Origin: Octopus bimaculoides | Lineage: Eukaryota | Direction of reading: 5' to 3' | Assembly (NCBI RefSeq): GCF_001194135.2 | Contig: NC_068993.1 | Span: forward strand, 47,774,812-47,838,811 | DNA: 64,000 nt | Shown here: in pieces, positions 1 through 13,438 of the stretch | Numbering within the stretch: position 1 is the stretch's first letter | Layout: each line of letters opens with the position of its first letter | Made by a program: the position numbers and the translations under genes | Notes under the pieces: generated by a model | Told to the model about the DNA's origin: nothing | The model's database searches: none | The model's input: the letters and a program-made list of their open reading frames with translations, nothing else

Positions 1-341
1 TTATGAAATCAGGTACATAGCGTGTGAATTATAATGTAATATTTTTTTTTTATATTTCTTCTTCTTTTTTATTTTGGATAACGTTAAAGAATATTAGGTT
101 CTGGGAACAATAAAGTGTTATTACTAATAGGGATCATTATAGAGTGTTTGGCCGAGATTATCGTGAATGGCCGAGTGAATAGGTTAGAGAATACTTACAA
201 ACATACATGCATATATACATGCACCCACACTCACGCTCTCTCTGACACCTGCACACGCACACACACACACACAAATGCATGTATACATGTATGTATATAT
301 ATATATGTGTGGGTATATACATATATATATATATGTATATT

Positions 342-395
<54 letters not shown>

Positions 396-404
396 ATAAG
401 CGTG

Positions 405-445
<41 letters not shown>

Positions 446-869
446 AGTATGTGCGTATGTGTATGAATGTGTTCCTGTGTATAACATAGATACACACATA
501 TTCATACATACATACTTAAATATATATATACACACACATACAAAGTGCGGTCGAAATTTACTTACTGATGTTGGCCATTCACTGTATCTGTCAGTGGTCA
601 GTAATACTCTAACGAGATGGTGCGGAAAAGTTACTGCCTTTAGGTAAAAGAAAATACGAGAATCATTTAGTTATGATTCTATTCAACATATTGCCCTCTG
701 AGATTAACGCACTGATTTTAGCGTTCCTTCAGCCACCCTGTAAAAGATCTCTGAAGTGTCGGCCTCCAGTAAGGCCATTCGTGATACCCGTAAAGGCAGG
801 AATCTTTCAGTACCCAGTCGTATATAAGCAATGACAAGTACCAGAGGCCAACACGCTTCATTTAACTGT

Positions 870-1186
870 AGGTCAATTAAATAAGTACCAGTCACGCACT
901 GGAGTCGATATAATTGACTTAATCCCTTTGTCTGTCCTTGTTTGTCCCCTCTGATTGTAGCCTCCTAGTACGCAGTAAAGAATTAAGAAACGTTAGCACG
1001 CTGGGCGTAATGCTTAGCGGTATTTCGTCTGTCTTTATGTTCTGAGTTCAGATTCCACTGATGTCGACTTTGACTTTCATCATTTCGGGGGTCGATAAAT
1101 TAAGTAACAGTGCGTACTGGGGTCGATGTAATCGACTGACTCCTTCGCCCAAAATTTCGGGCCTTGTGTCTAGAGTTGAAAAGAAT
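870..1186 (+). mobile_element. Composite (dimeric) tRNA-derived SINE
   Basis: 3' half of one SINE (TAAGTACCAGTCACGCACTGGAGTCGAT...TTTGTCTGTCCTTGTTTGTCCCC) joined to a headless second SINE (ACGTTAGCACG...GTTCTGAGTTCAGATTCC...GGGCCTTGTGTCTAGAGTTGAAAAGAAT). The same body recurs more than 10 times in the window. Confidence 0.85.
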
Positions 1187-1879
1187 ACTACCTGTTATAT
1201 GACTAGTAACATAGGAAGTGTGATTTAGCCACGATATGTAACATGAGGAAATATACAGATAACAACTACAATTTATCCTCTAAATGTTACATTTTTTAGT
1301 AGTATACAAAATAATGAAATGGATACTAATTTCCAAAAGATAAATATTTATTGCTTTAAAATAAAGATTAATAAAACAAATTTCTCATATGAATGTTTTG
1401 AAAAAATATACATATATTTTCCAAAATTTTATCAAAATAACCACAGTAGCTACACTACATCGTCATCATTCATTTGTCTTAACATCGAAAACTTCTCTCT
1501 AAAAAATTTAATAAAAGAAGTTATAAGTCATTTATCCTGCGCCTCTGAATTTAACTTTGTCTATGTATCTCTATTAAACTTTATTACCTCTCTCTATACA
1601 AGGTAAAGTAGGAATAGATAGATAAATCAACCAAACAAACAACCAGCCAACCAGCTAATCAACCAATATCTTTATCGGCTATTAGAGATATTCTGTTTGA
1701 CAGATTTGGGCAAAATAAACGTTTGAAAATTGAGATATTCTTAAGAGGACCAAGACAAAAACAAAGCACACAAATAACCCGAATATGATCCACCCATGAC
1801 CATCTTGTCGAAGTACAGTAAAGCTAAGGTAGTCATGTTATATACTATTGCTGTTGCTGCCGATGTTCTTGTTGAGGTG

Positions 1880-3172
1880 GGCGGAGAGCTGACAAAGTCG
1901 TTAGCACACCGTCTTCATGTTCTGAGTTCAAATTCCGCCGAGTTCGACTTTGCCTTTCATCCTTTCGGGGTCGAAAAAGATGTACCAGTTGAGCATGGGA
2001 GTCGCGCCAAAATTCCTGACCATACATCAAAATTTGAAAATGTTATCATTATAATCATTATTAATATTACTGTTGTTGTTTAAGATTATTGCAACGTGGA
2101 TGGTCGGAACCTAGTTTGAGCTTCCTTCAGCAGTTATCAATAATTATCATTTATCAATAATTACCTTGGATTGTAAAGCGGCGTGTGGATAGAATCGTTT
2201 GCAGGCCGAGCAAAATGCTTAGCAGCATTTCGTCTGTCTTTACGTCGCGAGTTCAAATTCCGGCGAGGTCGACTTTGCCTTTCATCGTTTCGGTGTAGAG
2301 AAAATTAGTACTAGTCAAGTCCTGAGGTCGATTGTAATGGAGTTGTCCTCTCCCTAAAATTTCAGGTATTGTGCCTATTGAGTAAGAGGGTTGAGGCAAT
2401 CGACTTCTCCCCTCCACCGATTTTGCTGATTTTGCACCAAAATTTGAAATCATTATTATTATAATCATTATTGTTAAAGTGGCGGGCTGGCAGAATCGTT
2501 AGCACGCTGGACGAAATGCTTAACGTTATTTCAAATTCCACCTTGATCGACATTGCCTTTCATCCTTTTGGGATCGATATATTAATTACCAGTTGCGTAC
2601 TGAAGTCGATCTAATAGACCGGCCCCCAATCCCCAAAATTTCAGGCCTTTTGCTTAGAGTAGAAAAGCATATTATTGTTAAGCCGGCAAGCTGGCAGAAT
2701 CATTAGCACGCTGGACAAATGCGTAGCGGTATTTCGCCCGTCGCTGCATTCTGAAATGAAATTCCCCCGAGATCGAATTTGATTTTCATCCTTTCGTGGT
2801 CGATAAATTAGGAATCTGCTGAATACTGAGGTCGATGTAATTGACTATCACCCTCCCACCAAATTTCAGGCTTTATGCCTATAGCAGAAAGGATTATTAA
2901 TATTATTGTTGTTGTTGTTGTTAAGACTAATGGAACATCGGTGATTAAAACCTGGTTTCGGCTTCTTGTAACAGCTATGAATAGCTATCTGGTGGCATGC
3001 TGACAGAATCGTTAGGAGGCCCTGCGAAATGCTTAGTGGCATTTCATCCGACATTACGAGTTCAAACTACGCCGAAGTCAACCTTGATTTCATCTTTTCG
3101 TGGTCGATAAAATAGGTACCAGTCTACATAAACCCTCCATCGAACTTCTGGCACCTTGCGAAAATTTGAAAC
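1880..3172 (+). mobile_element. Head-to-tail array of five tRNA-derived SINE copies
   Basis: Copies start near 1880, 2178, 2479, 2682 and 2991. Each has an A-box-like TGGCAGAATCG, a B-box-like GTTCAAATTCC and the GTCGACTTTGCCTTTCATCC body, mostly separated by ATT/GTT-rich tails. Confidence 0.85.
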
Positions 3173-3252
3173 CAATACTACGTATCTTTCAATGTAGAAG
3201 AAAGAAATTAGCAGAATTGTCCAATTCTTAACATATTATTGTGTATGTATGT

Positions 3253-3285
<33 letters not shown>

Positions 3286-5396
3286 NNNNNNNNNNNNNNN
3301 NNNNNNNNNNNNNNNNNNNNNNNNNNNNNNNNNNNNNNNNNNNNNNNNNNNNNNNNNNNNNNNNNNNNNNNNNNNNNNNNNNNNNNNNNNNNNNNNNNNN
3401 NNNNNNNNNNNNNNNNNNNNNNNNNNNNNNNNNNNNNNNNNNNNNNNNNNNNNNNNNNNNNNNNNNNNNNNNNNNNNNNNNNNNNNNNNNNNNNNNNNNN
3501 NNNNNNNNNNNNNNNNNNNNNNNNNNNNNNNNNNNNNNNNNNNNNNNNNNNNNNNNNNNNNNNNNNNNNNNNNNNNNNNNNNNNNNNNNNNNNNNNNNNN
3601 NNNNNNNNNNNNNNNNNNNNNNNNNNNNNNNNNNNNNNNNNNNNNNNNNNNNNNNNNNNNNNNNNNNNNNNNNNNNNNNNNNNNNNNNNNTATATATATA
3701 TATATATATGTACGTGCAAGCGTATATATTCTTGTGCAAATGTGTGCGCGTTCGTGTGTGTATTTGTGCATATTCGTGTGTGTCCGTGTGTGTGTGTGCT
3801 TATACTTCTTTTTTCCAATACTCTTACAAAGTGTTAATGATGCCTCAACTTACTTGTTCTGCAATATTTCTCCAATAATTGCCATCAAATCATATATTAA
3901 CAGTATAACGATAATGGATGGTCAACGTTGTGGCAACATATTGCAGTGTTCTACACCGAACAAGCAAAATTAATTCTTCTCTTATATGTACTGTTATATT
4001 TAATTACAATTTACGAGGGAGCCTCTTTATGTTCAATCACCCTTGCAGAAATAGCAAGCAAGTCTAACTGCAATGCAAGTCTAACTCCGTTCCATATTAC
4101 AACTAATCAGCATTGGCCATAACTGGAATAAAACAGCATAGTAAACAACAAGAAATAGAAAAGCATCAGCGAAACATTTAAGGTCTTACGTGGTCACAGA
4201 GAACATTCTACAAGTGTATGCATTGCATTCATACGACGGATATTGATCAAATAAGTAAAGTGGATGTATAGCTAATATTTAAGCCTGTAAGAAAATATCT
4301 TGCGGGTGGAAGTGTAAGATATTACGCTTCATGGATCATACAGGAATAACGTGTGTGAGTGATTGACCTGCTAGATATTGCAGTCAAGTTATATTCATGT
4401 CACGCGTTAACGTCTTAAAGAAGATGAATTAAGATGGTAGATGAATTGAGATGGTAAAATATACAGGTTGGGTGAAAAATAAATTCAATACGTTTATTTA
4501 TTTTATTGAATTTTAGAAAAAATGAAGCAAAGCTTTGACAATTCCTCAATACGTTGTGGAATTATCAAAGACTAGCTTTTTATGGTTCTAAAATTTAATA
4601 AAACAAATAAAATAATGATAAAGAGAAATGTCCTTGTACATGATGAACAAATTGAAAGATAGTAATAATATGTAATATGCATAAAATATAAAATGATTTC
4701 GTGCGTGTCCCTTGGTCCTGCTTATATTTCTTCAAGTGTTTATTGTATCAAATCATATCTGATGCGAAACATACTTTTTTTTAATGGTGTACATTATTCT
4801 GTATTGCAAAATGTCTGTTCTAACATACATGAACATATGATTTTACAGGAACTTTGGCTGTCAACTTTTGTGGTTGAGTGAAAGGATAATGACAGCCTGG
4901 TGGAATTTGGTAATTACTCTCAGCAACGAAGGACAGTAACGAAAATCAGCAACGAAAGGCAACGTAATAATGGTAAGAACGATGAAGTGTGTTGATGTAA
5001 GGGGATGATTGTGTATATAAAGGTCATGGATAGAATGGTAGTTACAGCAGTTGCATTGATGAGAAATATGATTAAAGAAAGATAATCAAGTAGCAGGTAA
5101 TATGTACTATACTGTTCACGATAGAGCTTCCTTGATTGATAATATGAGGAATGATGTCGAAGGAACATAAGGAGGCATATAAAGACATGTAATCGTATGG
5201 ATACATATAAAACATTTGTGTATAAATGTGTGTGTAGGTATAAGTGAGTGAAGGAGAGTGTGGGGGTCTGTTGGCATCTGTTGTACTTTATATTAAACGG
5301 CGTTAAAATAGCTATTGATGAATTTCGCGGTTGATTGTGAAAGTTGTTTGAGTCAAGTAACATAGTTATATACATATATATACATATATGCATATC

Positions 5397-5427
<31 letters not shown>

Positions 5428-6028
5428 NNNNNNNNNNNNNNNNNNNNNNNNNNNNNNNNNNNNNNNNNNNNNNNNNNNNNNNNNNNNNNNNNNNNNNNNN
5501 NNNNNNNNNNNNNNNNNNNNNNNNNNNNNNNNNNNNNNNNNNNNNNNNNNNNNNNNNNNNNNNNNNNNNNNNNNNNNNNNNNNNNNNNNNNNNNNNNNNN
5601 NNNNNNNNNNNNNNNNNNNNNNNNNNNNNNNNNNNNNNNNNNNNNNNNNNNNNNNNNNNNNNNNNNNNNNNNNNNNNNNNNNNNNNNNNNNNNNNNNNNN
5701 NNNNNNNNNNNNNNNNNNNNNNNNNNNNNNNNNNNNNNNNNNNNNNNNNNNNNNNNNNNNNNNNNNNNNNNNNNNNNNNNNNNNNNNNNNNNNNNNNNNN
5801 NNNNNNNNNNNNNNNNNNNNNNNNNNNNNNNNNNNNNNNNNNNNNNNNNNNNNNNNNNNNNNNNNNNNNNNNNNNNNNNTTTCATATATTTTAAATATTG
5901 GCATCGGTATTTGTTCTTCTATGCATTGCTAATTATATTTCATTGATACAGCTGTAGTGTTCGTGGGGGAAATTATTGCGACCTTCTTGTATATGCGTTT
6001 CTTTAAATGTTTCTTAGTGTTAATAATT

Positions 6029-6072
<44 letters not shown>

Positions 6073-6339
6073 GATGTAAGCGTGCTCCACTGTCTGTGAG
6101 TATGTGTGTGTGAGAGAATGTTGTGTGTTTTTGTGTGTTTGAGTGTCGGTATGAGTGTGTGCGTTCGCGTGCGTGTGTGTGTGTGTCGTGTTTGTAACGG
6201 GGTTTTTTATACTCTTAAATACGGAATACACTACGAAAATTATCAAATGATTGGATAGGAAGGAGATAAGTGTCCCAAAACATAAGCACATTCCTTGTAC
6301 ACACATACATATATACGTATGTATGTGCATGAGTGAAGG

Positions 6340-6695
6340 TGCATGAAACAGTCGTTAGAACTTCGATCTCACAATCATGAGGTAGTGAGTTCCATTCATT
6401 AACCGGGCTGTGTTGGGTTCTTGAGCAAGAGAATTATATTTTCCACATTGCTCCAGTTCACTCATCTGTAGATATGAGTTGGGATGTCATTTGTGCCAAG
6501 CTGTATCGGCGTCTGCTTTTCCCTTCGATAACATCAGTAGTGTGGAAAAGAGAGACTTCTATGCATGGGCGACTGCTTGCCTTCCATAAACAACCTTGCC
6601 CGTGCAAGAGGAACATTTTCGGCCTTGAAGGGGAACCTTCTTGGCGAAGTTCCATGTTCATTCATGACCGAAGGGGTTTTTCCATTTCACCCTCA
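6340..6695 (+). mobile_element. SINE of a second family (tRNA-like head plus long body)
   Basis: Decayed tRNA-like head (GTTAGAACTTCGATCTCACAATCATGAGGTAGTGAGTTCCATTC). The body is the reverse complement of 10712-10880 (shared GCCAAGCTGTATCGGC, TATGCATGGGCGACT, CATGACCGAAGGGG). Confidence 0.75.
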
Positions 6696-6910
6696 TGTGA
6701 TTAAATTCACATGTCAAAAACCAATCACACAGACGCACACACACACGTTTGTAAGTGTAAATATATGTATATAAATTTACATAAATATATATATATATAC
6801 TCGTTTGTGTATATTACTATAAAATAGGTGTGAAAGGCATGTCTGTACATGTATTTATGCGTGTGTTTGAGTGTTTGTGCGCTTGGTTATGCGTGTTTAT
6901 TTATATATAC

Positions 6911-6994
<84 letters not shown>

Positions 6995-8165
6995 NNNNNN
7001 NNNNNNNNNNNNNNNNNNNNNNNNNNNNNNNNNNNNNNNNNNNNNNNNNNNNNNNNNNNNNNNNNNNNNNNNNNNNNNNNNNNNNNNNNNNNNNNNNNNN
7101 NNNNNNNNNNNNNNNNNNNNNNNNNNNNNNNNNNNNNNNNNNNNNNNNNNNNNNNNNNNNNNNNNNNNNNNNNNNNNNNNTGTGTGTGTATGTGTGTGTG
7201 TGTATCTATGTATCTATGCATTTCCTGAAATAATATTTTATGTGCGGCTTTTAACTTTTGTATTTTATATGTTTCATATTCTCTTATTGGCAGCATGTTT
7301 GTGACAGAAGAGTTCGTAGATCCATGTACGACGCTTCTACACATTCACAGTCTCATTATCAAGATTTGATAGAATATATTTGTCGTTTGTTTTCTTTTAT
7401 TGTAATTGTATTCGTGTGGAGTTCCTTGTGAAAGTTTTTTTTTTCATAACTAGCACCCTGCATGAATTCTCACATGCTGCTTTGCAATCAAATTTTGATG
7501 TGCAGTCAAATTTTGAATGTGAGTTTTTTTTTCATGCCAGTAGCCACTTGTTAAAACTTTGATGTATTTCTAAATTTTGGCATTGTATTACGGTATGAAA
7601 ATTGTTTCAAGATTTAATCTATTTTTGCGTAGAATTTTATAGAGTATGTATTTTCCTTTAATATTGCTCTATCAAATTTCATTTTGTTGTACAATAATGC
7701 GTTATTGCTCCATGCTCACCTACCTAATGGTATCCTTTTTTTTTTAAGTGCATGTGATTTGTTTCGAGAATCGTTATCCTCAAAAGAATTATTTCAGACA
7801 CTCTCGAAAATTTATAACATTCTTATAATTGCAGCTTTTAGTTTTCCAGTCAATTTAAGAACCACGTTGTTCAACTGCTTTGCAAATTTCGTACATTATA
7901 TAATTCTACGCAGAAGTAGAAAAGTGAAAAACCTTTTTAATGTTGCCTGTGGTATTATACAATCGGGTACTCAGTGCAAAAATATTTCCTAATCAATATA
8001 TTAAACATTTTGCACTACATTATATAATTTTTATCACATCAAAAAACATTAATTATATTTGGAAATATATGCATATGTTGTTACACAAATCTTTATAAAT
8101 AATGATGCACTTTATTTTTTGCCAAATTCTTCTGAATAATCAATCGTCTCTGTCAGTAATATATC

Positions 8166-8338
8166 CTATTGTTTATGCCGTGTGATAAATTTAATCCTTC
8201 CAGTTTGGCGCCAAAACACAGTTTTTACTTTTTTACAAATACACGGGCCATGTTTTCGGTCTAATGTTAAGTCATTATCTTGATCTACAACTTCAGTCGG
8301 TAGTAGCTCAGTGATTTCTTGCATGCTGCACACTATTT
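8166..8338 (-). CDS. Candidate terminal coding exon of an unidentified gene
   Basis: Acceptor ttttgcattgatttcag, then AA|IVCSMQEITELLPTEVVDQDNDLTLDRKHGPCICKKVKTVFWRQTGRIKFITRHKQ-stop. Non-repetitive and phase-compatible with 9761-9871. No homology recognised. Confidence 0.3.
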
Positions 8339-8831
8339 CTGAAATCAATGCAAAAATCGGAACTGCAAAAAAATATTACCCAAAATTATTGCACATTGGG
8401 TTCTATAATCTACATTCTTGCAAAGTGGCATTCCTGACCACTCGCCCATATCTCCATTTATTGTAATTGCTTAAAGTTGTTTTATTTGATATCAGCATTG
8501 TAATCGTATCATTGAAAAGTAATACATTTTCTGGGAATCAATAATCTTCTTTAATAGGATTCGTTAGACAAGATGACGGACGCAACACATCATTGTATAA
8601 TGATCAGATTTGTGTGGCATCGTTTAGTAATTATGTCTTTCAATTGTAATAATATCTCACGGCGTTTCTCCGCTGTGGAGGAGTAGGGCTATTTTTTATG
8701 CCCCCATCTACTCTTAAAACAGTAACCAAGACTAAAGAAACCTCCTGTCTCTCAGCTGTTGGCCACTGAATAGCATGAATCGGTATCAAACAATTGAGTT
8801 ATACTAGTACTTGTGTTTTGTTATATTTTAC

Positions 8832-8995
8832 CGACAGTGGTTGTCTGGTAAGAAACTTGCTTCCCAACCACATGGCTCTGGGTTGAGTCTCACTGCGTGG
8901 CATCTTCGGCAAGAACCTTCTGCTATGTCCTTGGGAAGACCAATGCCTTGTGAGTGGATTTGGATGCCAGAATCTGGAAGAACCGTGTGGTTTAT
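8832..8995 (+). mobile_element. tRNA-derived SINE, third family
   Basis: GGTTGTCTGGTAAGAAACTTGCTTCCCAACCACATGG...GTCTCACTGCGTGGCATCTT...GCCTTGTGAGTGGATTTGG. An inverted copy lies at 35085-35270. Confidence 0.75.
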
Positions 8996-9760
8996 ATGTG
9001 ATGTGTGTGTGTGTGTGTGAGAGAGTGTGTGTATGTGTGTGTNNNNNNNNNNNNNNNNNNNNNNNNNNNNNNNNNNNNNNNNNNNNNNNNNNNNNNNNNN
9101 NNNNNNNNNNNNNNNNNNNNNNNNNNNNNNNNNNNNNNNNNNNNNNNNNNNNNNNNNNNNNNNNNNNNNNNNNNNNNNNNNNNNNNNNNNNNNNNNNNNN
9201 NNNNNNNNNNNNNNNNNNNNNNNNNNNNNNNNNNNNNNNNNNNNNNNNNNNNNNNNNNNNNNNNNNNNNNNNNNNNNNNNNNNNNNNNNNNNNNNNNNNN
9301 NNNNNNNNNNNNNNNNNNNNNNNNNNNNNNNNNNNNCTGGGCCCGATTCATTCGACTGAAAATCCTCCAACGCGGTGCCTCAGCATTGCCGCAGTCTTGT
9401 GACAGAAAGAATTAAAAGAAAAACGACAATTCGTTTGTGAACTGAGAACACAAAGAGCGACACAAGTTGGTGTGTCCAAAACTCTAACGATTTGTCCACC
9501 TTCATCATAATTATTTCAGTTTTAATATGATTTACATATTCTTGTATTTTTAGATTCTTTGTTTGGTTACAAAATTTAATTTGCATTATGGACATTCACA
9601 AAGTGAAGAATTTCAGAAATTGGCAAACTACAGAAACCAAAATAGATTTATCAATATATTTCTATAATAAACATTAAATTCTAGGATGATTTTTAAAAAC
9701 AAACAAGTTCCAATTTGTTGAAATATCATCCTAGACAGTCAGCGACATTTCCATCTTAAC

Positions 9761-9871
9761 CTGCTGTTTTATTCGATAATTCCAGACACAGTAGGATATT
9801 TAATATCAAATGTTCCAGCTGTTTCTCACACTTTCTACATGAACTCCGAATGAACCGATAATTAATATACG
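9761..9871 (-). CDS. Candidate 111-nt internal exon (phase 1-1)
   Basis: Acceptor atttttaattttctttcag and donor GCAG|gttaag. One frame is open end to end: CG|YINYRFIRSSCRKCEKQLEHLILNILLCLELSNKTA|G. No homology recognised. Confidence 0.28.
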
Positions 9872-10711
9872 CTGAAAGAAAATTAAAAATCTTTTATTTA
9901 TCTGCAAAATAAAAAAATGCGAAACATTTTAGACAACACTTTATTGGTTGAGTCAACGAATTTTCAGACGAAATTTTATAATTTTCGGAAATACATAAAC
10001 AAAACAAAAAAAAATGTATCTGCTCCGCTAAATAGATTTGTGTATTACGAAATATATAATTAATGTTTTCATATTAATTTAAATCAATTTATATAGACGA
10101 ATATATACATATACTATTTCAAACTTATTTGTTTCAAAAGTTGATTTATTTTTTATAATCACCAATATTTTCATTATGGAAATCGTGGTAAAGATTAAAA
10201 TGAAAATTTCCTGAAATTTCACGAGGAAACGTGAATTACTCTTGCTTCAAGTCTGCTAAATATGTAGTGCGGCTCTCTCAGAATTCATTCTTGCTACACA
10301 CGTAAATAGTGCGTGTGTGTGTGTGTGTATGTGTGTGTGTGTGAGTGTATTTGTAAAATAAGTTCCTTCTTTTATAAGTATCAGGCGAAAATGTATCTCA
10401 GTATTTTGACCGTTTCTTTGTTCCTTGCACCAACAGCATTCTGTATAGCCATCGTTTTCCTTGGTTAGCCGTAAATAGTTTCGGGAAATCTTAGTTAAAA
10501 TACAAACAGACACTAGATATTAAAAACAAATGACTAGATATAAATAAATAAAATAAGTAATTGTCTTGGAACGAACATGGAACGAACCCGAAATAACAAA
10601 CGAATAAAGTAAGTTTTTGCCAGACGAGCAAGTTAACGTGTTATTTCTGGACAGAGGAAATTATTCTGTTATACAGCAAAATGGAAATCATAATTAATAC
10701 ATACATATATG

Positions 10712-10880
10712 CTGAGACCCCCTTCGGTCATGACTGACCTTGGGATTGCACCTAGAAAGTTAGTCGCCCATGCATACCAGCCTCCCCTCTCCACGGTACC
10801 AGTGTTATCCAAGGGAAAGGCAAAGGCCGATACAGCTTGGCATCTGTGACGTCGCAACTCATTTCTACAGCTGAGTGAAC
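10712..10880 (-). mobile_element. Partial SINE, same family as 6340-6695
   Basis: Reverse-complement match to about 6470-6690. Confidence 0.75.
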
Positions 10881-10899
10881 TTCAGTCACTGAAACAGCT

Positions 10900-11674
10900 A
10901 AATTGTTTAGTGTTTAAAGAAATACAAACTCGAAAACCATGTTGTTTATCAAAACTACGGTTCAAGCAAAATTTGAATGAAGACTTATGGATGCAAAGCT
11001 CGCATAAAAGGCTTACCGACTAGAGAACAATACTAAAAAAAGAAGAAAAACATCAAATTACTGAAGTAAACGTAACAGCGGAGCTACACCATCACATTGC
11101 TAACCATGCGTCAATGAAAGCGGTTCATCGTGAGCTCGATAAAGCTAGATACAATATGAATGTTGTAACTATTTAAACTCCCCTGTCCGCCATCAACATT
11201 GATAAATAAAATAAAAATGGTATGTAGACACTCAGAAGTGGTCAATGGATCAATAGGACACTGATAAGAATCATTCATTGCGTGTTCCTGTCTGGAGACA
11301 GCCCAAAGTAACCATCGGTTCTCACTGTTTAACCACTATCGTGAAGTATGTAGGGGGCTCTGTGATTTGGGCTCCAATTTACAGCGCTAATATTATTGGA
11401 AATTGACACAAAGTGCACAAAAGTGCCTTAATGCTTACCACAATCACTAAACATCGGTAAAAGCGAACACTTTGTATTTTGGAACAACAAGTGGAAAGAT
11501 GATTCCCTTCCTTCACCATTGTTCCTCAAAGAACTTTTAAAAGACTTTAAAGAATGATTCAAATATCACAGGATTTTCAAGGTCTTTGATTAATCTTCAT
11601 GACAGACTTTAAGCTAAAAAATTTCCTTTAAGCTAAAGCTTTTCCTCTAAGACAAACTTTTTCATTCGATGTTA
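10900..11674 (+). mobile_element. Degenerate Tc1-like transposase remnant
   Basis: Manual translations VTAELHHHIANHASMKAVHRELDKARY (Tc1 HTH-type) and RVPVWRQPKVTIGSHCLTTIVKYVGGSVIWAPI (resembles Tc1 VWR..K....CL.PTVKHGGGSVMIW). Multiple stops and frameshifts. Confidence 0.75.
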
Positions 11675-13391
11675 NNNNNNNNNNNNNNNNNNNNNNNNNN
11701 NNNNNNNNNNNNNNNNNNNNNNNNNNNNNNNNNNNNNNNNNNNNNNNNNNNNNNNNNNNNNNNNNNNNNNNNNNNNNNNNNNNNNNNNNNNNNNNNNNNN
11801 NNNNNNNNNNNNNNNNNNNNNNNNNNNNNNNNNNNNNNNNNNNNNNNNNNNNNNNNNNNNNNNNNNNNNNNNNNNNNNNNNNNNNNNNNNNNNNNNNNNN
11901 NNNNNNNNNNNNNNNNNNNNNNNNNNNNNNNNNNNNNNNNNNNNNNNNNNNNNNNNNNNNNNNNNNNNNNNNNNNNNNNNNNNNNNNNNNNNNNNNNNNN
12001 NNNNNNNNNNNNNNNNNNNNNNNNNNNNNNNNNNNNNNNNNNNNNNNNNNNNNNNNNNNNNNNNNNNNNNNNNNNNNNNNNNNNNNNNNNNNNNNNNNNN
12101 NNNNNNNNNNNNNNNNNNNNNNNNNNNNNNNNNNNNNNNNNNNNNNNNNNNNNNNNNNNNNNNNNNNNNNNNNNNNNNNNNNNNNNNNNNNNTATATATA
12201 TATATATATATGTATATATTTAAATGAAATATTCAAACACTGAGGTTTGAAGTTAGACGTCACTACTGTTCATATCATCTGTGGATAAATTCTAAATTTG
12301 ATGATATCACCAGTAGTAGCATTGGTGGAACGCAGTTATGATAGCTTTAAGGCGCTATGAAATACCGTAATGATGCTTAATGAGCATCTACCTGCTAGAA
12401 ATAAGAGCCAAGTCTTAAATAATCCACCTAAATATATGTATGTATGTATTTATGTATGTGTGTATGTATGTACGTCTATATGTTTGTATGTATGTATATT
12501 TCAACGAGAGAAAGAATGATGAAAGGACAGAAAGAGGAACGGATGCAGCAACATCAACTGTATAGGCTGTGTTGTATACACACATTAGACGAGAGTTATA
12601 AACAGAAACGTTTTCTTTCATTGCTTTGGTAATATGAAGAACATATGTACCTTTTGGTGTGATAGGTCATTTGATTATTAAAACTCCATCACGTTTAAGT
12701 ACACACAGAAATACTGCTATCAAATAACATTCCGACATCACGTCTAAATTTCAGCTAGCAACGAGTCAACGTACATACACATGCGCATAGGGACAAATAT
12801 GTGTTTACATGTATATACTCACACGCACACACACAGATATGTGCGGATTATGTAGCCATTCACAAGTATACATTACCCAAGCACTTGTATGTAGTTTACC
12901 TTTCTTTTTAATACAAGAAATAATAATTCAAAGATAGATAGTTACACTTATAGCACGGTAATACATGTGCATCTGTTGATATATTTATACAAAGAAGGAC
13001 ACTTGAAATACCAGTAGAAACATTTCGATATGGAATCCTTAGTAAGTTCTGTGGAGAAACCAAATCAAATAAGACGTGGGTTTCATCCTATGCTAGGGTG
13101 GTACGGTCTGTGTTATCAACACTGTTGCAGCAGAGCAAAGATCGATGTGAGCCTTATTTGTTTAGTTATGTTTATATGATACGAGAGATGACGAGAGCGG
13201 AGAATAAGAGAGATACATATAATATATGTGTGTTTTCAGAAATACATATAGGTACATATACGTATGTGTGTTTGCATTATGCTTATGTATATACACATAC
13301 TAGCATATGTATGTATGAATATATGTATGAATATATGCATATATAGTATATTTGTGTATATATGCATGTATATATGTATATATATATGCAT

Positions 13392-13438
<47 letters not shown>

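Noticed and set aside
8340-8460. GEWSGMPLC (sushi-like) plus a hydrophobic stretch joinable to the 8166 ORF by one extra T in a homopolymer
   Set aside because: It needs an assumed frameshift, has an upstream stop, and lacks the other sushi cysteines.
10391-10468. Signal-peptide-like MYLSILTVSLFLAPTAFCIAIVFLG
   Set aside because: It stops after 25 codons, the donor is weak, and T-rich DNA readily yields hydrophobic peptides.
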